A stretch of 64,000 nucleotides of DNA from an uncultured Bacteriovoracaceae bacterium (GCA_964012805.1 CAXGUD010000002.1:32001-96000); one strand, 5' to 3'; shown: positions 39,002 to 49,251, counted from the first letter of the stretch. Made by a program: numbers and translations. The notes: generated by a model not told the origin, from the sequence alone.

Positions 39002-41762
39002 TCATTTTATTTATGGGATAGTCGTTTATTGAGGACGTCTCTTTATAATTGACCTCTTCCCCCAAGAACTTTTTATACTTTTGAACCTCTTTTTTTACTT
39101 TATTTTTTAAGGCAGAAAAATTTCCCTTTTTTAGTTCAATCTTTTTTAATAAAACTATAAGAGAATTGAGAACAAGGGGAGTTGAAGTAAGAGACTCAAC
39201 CGGAAAGGAATTTTTACCTAGAAAGATTTCATTTAAGGCCTCTATTTCCCCTATTTTTTTTAAATCAATAATAACCCTCTCTTCCGTTACGTTTTTTTCA
39301 TTTTTTTTCATGTCAAAATAAATCTCCTCCATTTTTTTAAGGGAATTTAATTTAAAAGAAACATGGGTTTCATACTCTCTATTTTTCTCTTTAAAGAGTT
39401 TTAAAATGTCCTCTTTTACTTTAACCGTTTTCTCTTGCCGCTTTTTTTCGACCTCAAAGACAAAGGGAACCCACCAATAATTTTTAAGCGATATTTTTGT
39501 TCGGTACTCTTTCATTAAGAGGTGGAAGGACTTAAAATCATTTCTTTTTAAATAAAAATCAAGTGACACTTTTATTTTTTTCTTAAGTTGCTCAGTCGTT
39601 CCACACATTTGAAATTTATCTAAACTCTTTTTAATAACGCTATAAGAGCCGTCCGCCAGAGAGTAATTAAAAAGGTCTTCCATCATCATATTTTTTTGGA
39701 GGACACCTAAAAAGCAAATTTTTTCAATAATTAAAGAAGCCCCGATATAATAGTGCTCCCTTCCCACAGAATAAAAAAACTGATTTAGTAAAGACGTCAT
39801 GGTCCCCAAGGTTTTATCTTTTTTTCCAAAACTGTGCCTTTTAGCCCCTTCTAAAAAACTTTTGTAGGCCTTAAGGTAGCTTTCCTCTCGATTTTGAATA
39901 AAGGCGAGGGCAAAGTAGGCCTTTGAGACGACAACTTTAGAGAAAAGTCCCCCCGAGATCATTTTATAAAAGCCCTTTTTCGATTCTTTAACACTGCCCT
40001 CGTCTGCCATTTTTTGATATTTAGTAAAAAGAAAAGAGGCCAAATGGCCTAAAACGTTTTTAAAGGTCTCCTTAGGTACCTCTATTTTTTCTTTTTTAAT
40101 TTTCTTAACCCAAAATTCAAGTTTGTCTACCTTCTTTTTTAAAATCAATTTGTTTAAAATTTGATTAACCATTTTGGTTATAATGGCTTTTTGACCTGGG
40201 TACTTTTTTCTAAATTCCTCAAAGTTACTTTCTACCTCTCGGTCGTGACCTAACCTATAATGGAGGGTGAACATTTTTTTATAAAAAGATACAGAAAGGT
40301 TATGGTGAGGAAAATAATTTAAAAAAATCTTAAGGGACCAGAGTAATTCTCTTTTTTTAGGGAGCTTCAGTTGAATTTTTATTAAATCGAGAAGTGCCTT
40401 TTTTAAGTACTCCCTATTTTTTTTAAGGTCTAATTTATGGGCCACAGACTTTTTAATGGCCAATTTATAGGACTTGGTTGCCTCTTTTTCATTCCCTAGG
40501 GTTTGATAGACATTGCCGGTAAAATACTCCATTTTAACCGACTCATCCCTTTTAAATTCAAGGTAGGCTTTTTTTACAATCTTAAAACTTTTAAAGCAAA
40601 GACCCTTTTGGTGAACCTTTTTATTGTTTTTATAGACACATTTTTGATAGGCAAGGATCAACTTTTCAAGACTCAAAATCAATTTGTTTTTTTCTTCTTT
40701 TTTAAGAAAATCAACCCAATTTTTATTTATTTTTTTTAATAAAGAAAGGTATTCTTTTTCCCTTTTAAATTCCATCAAGAAATTAATTTTAAAAAAAAGG
40801 TAGTTTGCCTTTAAGTATTTATTTTTTTTAAGCTCAAATCTATTTTTCTTATTTATAAATTCTAAGATGCTTTTGGTCTTTTTATAAAGGCCCTGCTTTG
40901 AAGTCATCTTAGCAAATCTTAAGTAGTTAGAAACGGATTTGGCCTCTCCTCCCAAACGATAGAGGAAAAACAAAGGTTTTTTAATGTCTTTATAAAAGGA
41001 AGAAAATATAAAATAGCTTTCCATCACTATTTTTTTATTTTGAAAGTATTTCCATTTTTTTTCCTCCAAAAGGATTCTTTCCATATTATTTAAGGCCACC
41101 TTTCTCTTTTTTAAGCGGAAAAGGCACCATGAAGCATTAAAATAGTGCTTATAATACCAATCATTTTTTGTGTTTTTTAAAACGACTTGGTAGTGCTCTA
41201 AGGCCTTGGAAAACTCTTTTTCATTATAAAAATGCTCCGCCAATTCGACATTTATTATATACCTTAATTTTTTTTCGGTTTTATAGCGAAGCGCCTTTTT
41301 TAAATACTTAACAAGCCCCGATCCATCGGAATAATCCCTCGAGTTTAACCCCAAAAGAAATAAAATCTTCCCCTTCATCTTTTTAGATATTTTTTTTCTT
41401 AAGGCCCTGTCACCTAACTTTTTTACTTCCCAATATTTTTTTTCCCTTAAGGCCCTAAGTTTTGATAGTTTCTTTTTCTTAATTAAAGGATTCAATTCAT
41501 CAAAAGAATTTATTAAAAGACTATTTTCTCTTTTTTTAAGGATGCTTAACCTCTCTGATAAAAGCTCTAACACTCTATAATATTTTTTTTCTGTAAGGGG
41601 TTTATTTTTTTTAATCGATTGGATCTCTTCAAATATAAGACTTTCTATTCTATCCCATTTTTTCATCCCTTTTAACTCTTTGGCGAAAAGGTTTAAGCCT
41701 AAAAAACAAATTGAGATAGTAAAAATTAAAACCACTCTCATTTTTAAAGTTATACAATCCAT
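38982..41762 (-). CDS. Large periplasmic TPR protein (GltD/AgmU-like)
   Basis: Signal peptide; TPR motifs LAEHFYNEKEFSKAL, YFNASWC; operon position. Confidence 0.65.
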   Translation of the reverse strand: MDCITLKMRVVLIFTISICFLGLNLFAKELKGMKKWDRIESLIFEEIQSIKKNKPLTEKKYYRVLELLSERLSILKKRENSLLINSFDELNPLIKKKKLSKLRALREKKYWEVKKLGDRALRKKISKKMKGKILFLLGLNSRDYSDGSGLVKYLKKALRYKTEKKLRYIINVELAEHFYNEKEFSKALEHYQVVLKNTKNDWYYKHYFNASWCLFRLKKRKVALNNMERILLEEKKWKYFQNKKIVMESYFIFSSFYKDIKKPLFFLYRLGGEAKSVSNYLRFAKMTSKQGLYKKTKSILEFINKKNRFELKKNKYLKANYLFFKINFLMEFKREKEYLSLLKKINKNWVDFLKKEEKNKLILSLEKLILAYQKCVYKNNKKVHQKGLCFKSFKIVKKAYLEFKRDESVKMEYFTGNVYQTLGNEKEATKSYKLAIKKSVAHKLDLKKNREYLKKALLDLIKIQLKLPKKRELLWSLKIFLNYFPHHNLSVSFYKKMFTLHYRLGHDREVESNFEEFRKKYPGQKAIITKMVNQILNKLILKKKVDKLEFWVKKIKKEKIEVPKETFKNVLGHLASFLFTKYQKMADEGSVKESKKGFYKMISGGLFSKVVVSKAYFALAFIQNREESYLKAYKSFLEGAKRHSFGKKDKTLGTMTSLLNQFFYSVGREHYYIGASLIIEKICFLGVLQKNMMMEDLFNYSLADGSYSVIKKSLDKFQMCGTTEQLKKKIKVSLDFYLKRNDFKSFHLLMKEYRTKISLKNYWWVPFVFEVEKKRQEKTVKVKEDILKLFKEKNREYETHVSFKLNSLKKMEEIYFDMKKNEKNVTEERVIIDLKKIGEIEALNEIFLGKNSFPVESLTSTPLVLNSLIVLLKKIELKKGNFSALKNKVKKEVQKYKKFLGEEVNYKETSSINDYPINKMIVTRDL

Positions 41763-41764
41763 AA

Positions 41765-42202
41765 TTATGCTCCCCTTACAATGAACCTCATCTTTTTAAT
41801 GCCAACTTTTTTAACGATCCCCATTAAAACCTTAACGTCTTTGTAAAAGATCTTTTTATCGATAATGATATTAATCCCCTCACGCTTTCCTTTTTCCTCT
41901 TTCATGGACCCCACCAATGAGGACCTAATTTTTTCGTGAATCCCTGTTCCCCCTAAAGGACCAATCATTAATTCATTAATAAAGACGTCCTTTTTTTCAT
42001 TAACCTGTAACGACAGGACCTTTTTTCCCTTAGCGTATTGATTTAAACTAGGTGGCGTTAAAGGGTTTGCTAAATGAGTTTTAAAGCTATTAGGGTTATA
42101 ACTTTTTAGTAAAAAAACTAATAAAATGATCAAAATATCTAACAAACTGGTGATATCCACGTCACTCATATTTTGTTTTTTTCTGGTTTTATAATTTCTC
42201 AT
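41765..42202 (-). CDS. ExbD/TolR family protein (AglS-like)
   Basis: DITSLLDILIILLVFLLKS TM with conserved Asp. Confidence 0.85.
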   Translation of the reverse strand: MRNYKTRKKQNMSDVDITSLLDILIILLVFLLKSYNPNSFKTHLANPLTPPSLNQYAKGKKVLSLQVNEKKDVFINELMIGPLGGTGIHEKIRSSLVGSMKEEKGKREGINIIIDKKIFYKDVKVLMGIVKKVGIKKMRFIVRGA

Positions 42203-42705
42203 TAAAGCCCTCCTTTTAAATGCCCTAAGGTCACAAGATCAAAAAGGGGGAATCTTTTCTTTTTATCTTTTTTATAAGAGTACTTAACAACTTCCACTAC
42301 CTTTAAAACGCTTTCATAGCTTACGTTGTCTGATGGCCAGATCTTAATTTTCCTCTCATCAGGCATTTTCTTTTTAAGCTCCACTAATTTTTTATGAAGC
42401 TCCTTTAAATAGTTTTTTTCATGATCAATTTTTAAAACGATCTTTTCTTTTAGGGCCTCATGGTCGGTTTCTAAGACCAATAACTTCTTTTTTAAAAAAA
42501 GATTGACGGAGCTTTCTTTTTGACCTCCTCCCCCTCGGGCACTTTTTGCCAAGGGGTCAACTTTCATAGCGATTTCCCCCAATTGAACAAACTCCGCAGA
42601 CAAAAGGAGGAAGAATATAAAAATAAAAATAGCGTCTAGGATGGGGATTAAGTTTAACCTTTCAATCCTCTTTCCCTTATTTTTTTCTTTCACGGCTAAC
42701 CTCAC
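42202..42705 (-). CDS. ExbD/TolR family protein (AglQ-like)
   Basis: LNLIPILDAIFIFIFFLL TM with conserved Asp; P...VSYESV..V.E. Confidence 0.85.
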   Translation of the reverse strand: MRLAVKEKNKGKRIERLNLIPILDAIFIFIFFLLLSAEFVQLGEIAMKVDPLAKSARGGGGQKESSVNLFLKKKLLVLETDHEALKEKIVLKIDHEKNYLKELHKKLVELKKKMPDERKIKIWPSDNVSYESVLKVVEVVKYSYKKDKKKRFPLFDLVTLGHLKGGL

Positions 42706-43379
42706 GCTTTTTCATTCAGTCCATTATCTTTTGGTGCCAACTTTTTTTTAGTGCCCAAAAGGTCAACAAGGCTTAAAGTCGAGTGTTCCACATCACTAAT
42801 GATCTTATTTTGTTTTGAAACAAGAAACGAGTGGACGACCATAAGTGAAATGGCACAAAGGAGACCAAGCGCTGTCGTGTTCATGGCCTTTGAAATCCCT
42901 AAGGCCAAAAGCTCAGCTTTAGAAGCGGGGTCGGCCTTTGAAACGGCGGCAAAGGATTGAATAAGACCCGAAATAGTCCCTAACAATCCTAAAAGGGTTG
43001 AAATATTGGCCATAAGGGCGAGAGAATTCATCCTCTTTTCTATTTTTGGCAATAAATATAAAAAGGTTGCCTCCATCACATCTTTAATCTGCTCTTTACT
43101 TTGGTTGGCCCTTTGAAGCCCTGACTTTATGACCTTACACACGATAGGTCGTCCCCTCCCGCAATGATCGATCCCCTCTTTGATTTTTCCCAAAAGAACT
43201 TTTCTTTTGATAATGACCAGGAGGTTTTCTGAGTCCACATCGTAACGCCAAAAAGAAACCCAGCGCTCAAAAGAGATTAAAACTCCTAACAACCACATAT
43301 TTAGGATTACCCACATAAAAGGACCACCCTCATTCATAAAATGACTAAAGTCCTGTATGATATTTGTTTCTTGAATCAT
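42702..43379 (-). CDS. MotA/TolQ/ExbB proton channel protein (AglR-like)
   Basis: GG.FMW; ANISTLLGLLGTISGLIQSF; GIS.AMNTTALGL. Confidence 0.92.
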   Translation of the reverse strand: MIQETNIIQDFSHFMNEGGPFMWVILNMWLLGVLISFERWVSFWRYDVDSENLLVIIKRKVLLGKIKEGIDHCGRGRPIVCKVIKSGLQRANQSKEQIKDVMEATFLYLLPKIEKRMNSLALMANISTLLGLLGTISGLIQSFAAVSKADPASKAELLALGISKAMNTTALGLLCAISLMVVHSFLVSKQNKIISDVEHSTLSLVDLLGTKKKLAPKDNGLNEKA

Positions 43380-43699
43380 AAGAGGCCTCCTCTTTTTAAA
43401 AAATTAAAATCGTCCCTGATTTCTGTCTCAAAGTCCTTTTTTTCATAAATATTTTCATTCGGGTTGTGTCTCAATCTTTCTCTCACCGTAAGGTCGGTTG
43501 GGGCCATATTTTTGCCCTTAACATTGAGCTCTCCGAGGTCAATGGTTTCACTTTTTTTATAGCGGTAAATGACCTTTTCCTTAACTTCCCTTGCAAATGC
43601 ATAATTAAGGGCGAGGCTTAAGTTCACTAAAAGCAAGAGGTGGAAAATCCAAAAGTATTTTTTGGCCATCATGACGCCCCCCCTTCTTTTTTCGTGCAT
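43376..43699 (-). CDS. Small secreted protein (GltF-like position); true start probably MMAKK
   Basis: Signal peptide ending AFA; IYRYKK.E.IDLGEL.VKG...P. Confidence 0.6.
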   Translation of the reverse strand: MHEKRRGGVMMAKKYFWIFHLLLLVNLSLALNYAFAREVKEKVIYRYKKSETIDLGELNVKGKNMAPTDLTVRERLRHNPNENIYEKKDFETEIRDDFNFLKRGGLL

Positions 43700-44835
43700 T
43701 GCTCTTTTAAGCTCGATTGGTAATTTCCAAGCTCATCCACCCAAAAGGCTCCTTTAAAAGGGTAAATGTCTTTGCCCTTTGTTAGTGTCTTAACCTTTAA
43801 ATTTTTTTCGCCTTTAGAAATTTCCTCTAAACCATAGTGGTAAACCCGGTCTCTTTTTCTTTTAAAAAGCTCCACCTTTAAATTTAAAAAGACCTTTTTA
43901 AAAAATTTAAGCTCACTGATTCGTTTTTTTAAAGTTTCTTGGTAAAAGAGGAGGGTCTCCACTTTATTTTTTTTAATCATTTGTTTTAATTTTTTTCTAA
44001 TGTTCTTTTTATTTATAAGGCCCATATGTTTTTTTAACCTCTGCCATTCCCTTTTCATAAGTTCATCCCTTAGAAAAAAATGACTCAAGACCATCCTCTT
44101 TTTATAATCACTGACTAAGGACCTTTCCCCTTTTTCGCTTTTAAGCCTAACCCAACTAGCATTTGGTCTTTTTTTGATAGAATTTATTTTGGCCTTATAT
44201 TTTTTAATGAGGTGGTTAGAAGAAATGAGGTAGGCCTTCGTCTGATGGAAAGCTTCATCGTATAGGCACATCTTGTAATACGTTAACGTTTCAAGATACC
44301 TATCCTCTGGTTTTTTATAAGGGACTAAAAAAGGGGATTCGTAAGTTAAAATGATCCCCAAAACTTTTCTATACTCTTTTAATTGATAGTGAAACCAGGC
44401 CTTCTCTCTAAGTAAATAAGGCCAAGCGGGACCATAAATTTTTATTTTTTCTAACTCTTTTAGGCCCTTTTCAAATTTTCCCAATTGATAGTTTTTTCTG
44501 GCCTTATTTATTAAGCATGGATCTTTTAACTTTTTTTGACTTTTACAATTTTTAAAGTCACTGTAATTTAGCTTAAAATGATTTTTAAGGAGCATCTTCT
44601 CTTTTAAAATGTTTTCAAGTTTTAACGCCTTTTTTTTATTTTTTATGGTCTTTTTGATCTTTAAAAAGGGCGAATAGGAAGAAAAATACATTTCCTTTTT
44701 AAACAAACGGTTAAAGTCCTTTCTAAACCAAAAGCTTTGATTCTTTTTCTTTTTATGCCCGCTTGAAAAGGCGTTATTTTCTCCCAAAAAAGAAAAGATA
44801 AAAATGCCATAAAATATTATTAGCTTAAAAAACAT
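43669..44835 (-). CDS. TPR-containing protein (GltC-like)
   Basis: Signal peptide; WP..L.EKAW..Y, YYKMCLY; C-terminal F.G.FW.DELG.Y...L...C. Confidence 0.7.
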   Translation of the reverse strand: MFFKLIIFYGIFIFSFLGENNAFSSGHKKKKNQSFWFRKDFNRLFKKEMYFSSYSPFLKIKKTIKNKKKALKLENILKEKMLLKNHFKLNYSDFKNCKSQKKLKDPCLINKARKNYQLGKFEKGLKELEKIKIYGPAWPYLLREKAWFHYQLKEYRKVLGIILTYESPFLVPYKKPEDRYLETLTYYKMCLYDEAFHQTKAYLISSNHLIKKYKAKINSIKKRPNASWVRLKSEKGERSLVSDYKKRMVLSHFFLRDELMKREWQRLKKHMGLINKKNIRKKLKQMIKKNKVETLLFYQETLKKRISELKFFKKVFLNLKVELFKRKRDRVYHYGLEEISKGEKNLKVKTLTKGKDIYPFKGAFWVDELGNYQSSLKEQCTKKEGGAS

Positions 44836-44845
44836 CTTTTACTTC

Positions 44846-45547
44846 CTAGAAACTAAACCCAACACTTAGGCTTAAGTCCGCTTTAAAACGTAAATCTTTT
44901 TTACTTAGTCCCGTAGGGGCCGTAAAAACTTTTTGTAAGTACTCAAACCTTAGATCAAGGGTATTTGTTAAATAAAACTTAAGGCCACTTTTTAGTAAAA
45001 GGGTTAAATTTTTTTCACTTTTGAAGGTATTTGTGCCACTTGAATTTTTAAAAGAATCGCTATTACTTTCCGATTTTAAAAACCCAAGGCCCGCACCAAA
45101 ATACCAGTCAAAGTAAGTGATTTGGTTAAAGGTATTGATCTTTCCGTAAAAGGGGGACCACAAAAATGTGACCCCCATTAATTCTTTTTCCCTTCTTAAA
45201 AAGGGCGTCACGCCATTTAATTTTTTTAAAAGTTCATAGGCATTATTGTCTAAATGGCCATAAGCTCTGTAAGAAAAACCTAATCCAAAGTTTTCGCTCC
45301 AAAAATACTGGCCACCAAAAAGAAACCCTAAAGTATCCTGGTAATCATTTTCAAGACCTTTAATGACGCCTACGTTAAATAAAATCCGGTCCTTTTTTTT
45401 GTGGACTCTATTTTGTAAAACATAGACTTTATTTTTTTGGTCAAACCAACGTATTTTATTAACGTCACTTTCACTGCCCTTTAAGATCTTTGAGTAACTT
45501 AAAGGGAATAAAATAAACCCTAATACAATTAAATAACGAGCAAGCAT
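44846..45547 (-). CDS. Outer-membrane beta-barrel protein (GltA/B-like)
   Basis: VYVLQNR, WSPFYGKIN, YFDWYFGAGLG, C-terminal VGFSF beta-signal. Confidence 0.8.
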   Translation of the reverse strand: MLARYLIVLGFILFPLSYSKILKGSESDVNKIRWFDQKNKVYVLQNRVHKKKDRILFNVGVIKGLENDYQDTLGFLFGGQYFWSENFGLGFSYRAYGHLDNNAYELLKKLNGVTPFLRREKELMGVTFLWSPFYGKINTFNQITYFDWYFGAGLGFLKSESNSDSFKNSSGTNTFKSEKNLTLLLKSGLKFYLTNTLDLRFEYLQKVFTAPTGLSKKDLRFKADLSLSVGFSF

Positions 45548-45562
45548 CCTCTTAACCCCCTT

Positions 45563-46606
45563 CTAGATCTTTAAGCTGTAAATAAACTCAACTTTTTCTC
45601 CTTCCACTGGGAGGGCGTTTTCTTCAAACTTAATGGCATTTGATTTTTCATCATACGACCACCCGCTTAAAACACTTCTTCCTTCCACAAGGACTTCGAG
45701 CTCATTTTTATAGGGTTGTTTTTTTAAAAGAAAGATGTCTTTTAATTCGGCCATTTTTTTTCCAAATTCTTGTAGGATTTGGGAAAAATCATCCCTGATG
45801 TTAGAACAAAGACCTCCTGTCTTTTCCGATAAAGTACAATACCTTTCACCCGGACTTTCATTATAAGAATGACTTTGACCCTTTAAGTTGGCGATACTAA
45901 AAATTTTAACTTGGCCTGTATTAGATTTATGTTTAATAATTAATTCATAAAAGCGGTCAGGGTAAATGCCCGATTGATCGTCTTCATCACTTAGATAAAT
46001 TACGATCAAAAAAGCGTCCTTTCTTAAAAAGTTGCTTCCATAACGGTCAAGAAAATTTAAAGAGGTTTTTAACCCCTGTTCTTTTCCATAACCATTAATC
46101 CCAACCCGGACCCTTTCTATAAAGTCGTCTAAAAAAGCCGCTTCATCTTTTAAGGCCTCAACCCTCGTAAGTCCCTCTATTCCATTCACGGCACGACCAT
46201 AGTCATAGGGGTCGGTTGTGGTGATGGCCATTTTAAAATCAATGTCTTTTTTTAAGAACTCTTCAATGAATAAATCAAAGTTTCTCGCTAGAGAATCCTG
46301 TTCTTCTTCCATGGAGCCCGAGTTATCAATAACCCAAAGGATGTCTAACTTTTCCCTTTGACTTTCAACTTGATAAAAGGTTTCTTTCACCGTACGAGAC
46401 TTAGGAGGGCTTAAATCTATCGATTTTTCAACTTCAGGCTCTTTTAAATCTTTTGGGTCATCGTCTTCACCCAGTTCATTTTCTTCATTTTTTATATAAG
46501 AGGAAGAAAAAAGATCCTCTTTAAACTCAGGAGGGTCACAACTTAAAAGAGTCAACGTAAAAATAAGTAACAACAAAGTGTTTCTTTTTAAAATAGGCAT
46601 ATCCAT
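45563..46606 (-). CDS. von Willebrand factor A lipoprotein (CglB/CglD-like adhesin candidate)
   Basis: Lipobox LLSC; MIDAS DILWVIDNSGSM; LSDEDDQS. Confidence 0.8.
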   Translation of the reverse strand: MDMPILKRNTLLLLIFTLTLLSCDPPEFKEDLFSSSYIKNEENELGEDDDPKDLKEPEVEKSIDLSPPKSRTVKETFYQVESQREKLDILWVIDNSGSMEEEQDSLARNFDLFIEEFLKKDIDFKMAITTTDPYDYGRAVNGIEGLTRVEALKDEAAFLDDFIERVRVGINGYGKEQGLKTSLNFLDRYGSNFLRKDAFLIVIYLSDEDDQSGIYPDRFYELIIKHKSNTGQVKIFSIANLKGQSHSYNESPGERYCTLSEKTGGLCSNIRDDFSQILQEFGKKMAELKDIFLLKKQPYKNELEVLVEGRSVLSGWSYDEKSNAIKFEENALPVEGEKVEFIYSLKI

Positions 46607-47413
46607 TACCTCAAATAAAAAGAAAAGATTTTAATGGGAGGAAACGTACCGAGGGAACAAACGTGCAGCTCTAAAATCTTTTGGTTCGTTGAGTCTTATC
46701 ATAATGGGTAGGGAAACTTTTCCTAAAAAAAAATGGCGTCCAACAAAACTTAATTTATAAAATCTCTTTTTTTTTGACGACTTAATTCAAATTAAATTCT
46801 TTAAAAAAGGTTTTTTAGAAAGCTTCTAAAAAAAAGGAGCGCCAGTTTTTTTTTGCACGTTCTTCTAACGCCTTTAAAATAGGTATTAAAAAAATTTACT
46901 TATTTTTTTAGTTAAATAAGATGGATTTAAATTTATTATCACAAAGGAATGTAGATCTTTCTTTTTTTGAACTTTTCTTTTAACCTTTCTAGAAATTTTT
47001 AATCACTCGTGACTTTATTAAGCCCCTCCTGATATTTTTTCAGTTTTTTATCCTCAATAAAATTATTAAAAGCATAATATATAAATCTAATTCTTTAAAG
47101 GTAATGGCCAATTTGAAAACATCCATTTTAAAACCACCCCTCTCACTCAAAAATCTGGGACCTCCGGACTAACATCAGAGATAGGAAAACTCAAAAAAAA
47201 GGTCGTTAAAAGGGAAGCTTACAAACTATCTCATGTCAAAAAAAACCAAATACACTGCCATCACATTGGAAAAAAGCTTTCACCTCTAAAAAACCTCACC
47301 ATAATGCATGACACAATACTCATTAACCTTTGATTTTTCAGTTTAAAAAAAATAAACTTCTGACTACAAAAATCTAGTTAAAACCACTAAAAAAAGCTCA
47401 AAGGGACCAATGC

Positions 47414-48334
47414 ATGTTTTTTTCACCTCCTGTAAAACTTGTTCCCCCAGTTTTCAGGCCTCCTTCAGAAGCAAACAGCCTCCTTATCCAAGTTACGATT
47501 GGTTGCTCTAATAATAAATGCACCTATTGTGATATGTACCGGTCCAAAAAATATCAGGTAAGGGACAAAGATTCTATTTTTGAAGACCTTAAGGCCGCCC
47601 AGCTCTTTTACCATAAGGTGGGTCAAGCACCACGGAGAATTTTTCTTTGTGACGGTGATGCCCTAGGTGCACCCACCAACCTCCTTAAAGAAGTTCTTCA
47701 AGAAATCAATAGACTGTTTCCTCAACTAGACCGCGTGGGGATCTATGCGACAGCTGAAAATATGCTGTCTAAAACAAAAGATGAGCTTAAAGAACTCTCC
47801 GACCTCAAGTTAAACATGGCCTACCTTGGAATGGAGTCTGGTAGTGACAAAGTCCTTCACAAAATTGTTAAAGGAAATACAGCTCAAGACATGATCGATG
47901 GAACCAGAAGGATCAAGGAATCAGGGTTTAAACTTTCAACCATTGCCATGTTAGGTGTAGGAGGAAGAGAGCTTTCTAAAGAACATATTGAAGAAACGGC
48001 CAGAGTTCTAAGTGAGGAACCTCCACATTACCTTTCCTTTCTGACCACCTTTTCTGTACCCGGTACCCCTTATCACAAAATGGAGGAGAGAGGGATCATT
48101 TCCCCTTTAACTTCTAAAGAGCTTTTTTATGAGATGAAAGGTATTCTTCAAAACCTTCAATTAAAAAACCTCAAAGAATCACCAAAGATTATATTTAGGG
48201 CCAATCATGTCTCAAATCAATTTCCTTTAGGTGGAGTTTTGCCTCGAGATAAACATAAATTAATCAGCACCTTGGAAGAATGGATAACAAGTACACCAGA
48301 AGGGGTTTACCCTCCCAGACCAGCGACCATGTAA
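47414..48334 (+). CDS. Radical SAM protein of unknown function
   Basis: RPPSEA.SL..QVTIGCSNNKCTYCDMY (CX4CX2C), DGDAL, GMESG, FRANH.SN. Confidence 0.88.
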   Translation: MFFSPPVKLVPPVFRPPSEANSLLIQVTIGCSNNKCTYCDMYRSKKYQVRDKDSIFEDLKAAQLFYHKVGQAPRRIFLCDGDALGAPTNLLKEVLQEINRLFPQLDRVGIYATAENMLSKTKDELKELSDLKLNMAYLGMESGSDKVLHKIVKGNTAQDMIDGTRRIKESGFKLSTIAMLGVGGRELSKEHIEETARVLSEEPPHYLSFLTTFSVPGTPYHKMEERGIISPLTSKELFYEMKGILQNLQLKNLKESPKIIFRANHVSNQFPLGGVLPRDKHKLISTLEEWITSTPEGVYPPRPATM

Positions 48335-48404
48335 ACCTGGACAAAATTCCTTTTATGATTTTCTCAATTATACTTAACCACAAATTATAATAAATTTTTT
48401 AAAG

Positions 48405-49050
48405 TTGGAATTAAAATTCAAATCCGTTCCTTGCGCCAAAGGCATGACCATGGCCAAAAAAATTAAAAAAGTTGCCGGTGCTATTATTTGTATGAAAAAG
48501 CCAGAGAGGGAAGCTGTTTTTGAATACAGTAATGGAGTTATGACAGAAACTAACGTTTTTTTTCCACCTAAAAGAAAAACCATTCAACTGTAGCTCAACA
48601 GAAAAATTACTTGGTGACTGCTGCATGCAAGAAATTGAAGCTTAAAAGTTAAAGGTTAGAGGAATTATTTAATTCAGCTACTCAGATACTTTTGATAAGG
48701 TAGTTGGAAAAGTTGGGAATAAAGAGAGTTCTTCTAAAGCCATTATTAAAAACTTTAAAAGAAAATGGAAAAGCATCCTAAATTTAAAGGAACTTTTAAG
48801 GGGTAAAATAGATATCTATCCTCAAAAAATTAATGCTGGTTATTACGAGCTTAACAACCTTCTTTTAAAGAGTGTTTCTAAAGTCACCCACTTTAAAGTT
48901 CCACTCCAATAAAACCCCTCTTATCTTATCATGCGTAAGAAAAACTCTCATCGCGCTGATAAAGTCGCTAAGTTTTACAAAGGTTTAGATAAGCTTAGAG
49001 AATCTGGTGAATACGATAAAAACCTTGCTCTTGATAAAAATGTTAGCTAA
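48405..49050 (+). pseudogene. Degraded amino-acid ABC-type (family 3) substrate-binding protein
   Basis: Fragments K.PERE..F.YS, NVFFHLKEKPF, NLKELLRGKIDIYP, FYKGLDKLRESGEYD, with a frameshift in the T run near 48557 and in-frame TAA at 48910. Confidence 0.7.
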
Positions 49051-49251
49051 GCTTACGATACATACACTAAAAACAACTCTGGCAAAGTTCCTGACTACAA
49101 ATAATCTTCCATATTTTATAAACTTTTAAAAATTGACCTTCTACAAGAATGCCCTTTTTTAATGAAAAGCCGAGCTATGGTCAAAGGTGATTGACAATAA
49201 AACAAAAGGCATTCTTAATAGGTGCTAAACTTTTAAAGGGCTTTTTCTCAA

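Noticed and set aside
48374..48626. Three short ORFs as independent genes
   Set aside because: The + ORF is a fragment of the substrate-binding pseudogene; the - ORFs are its shadows.
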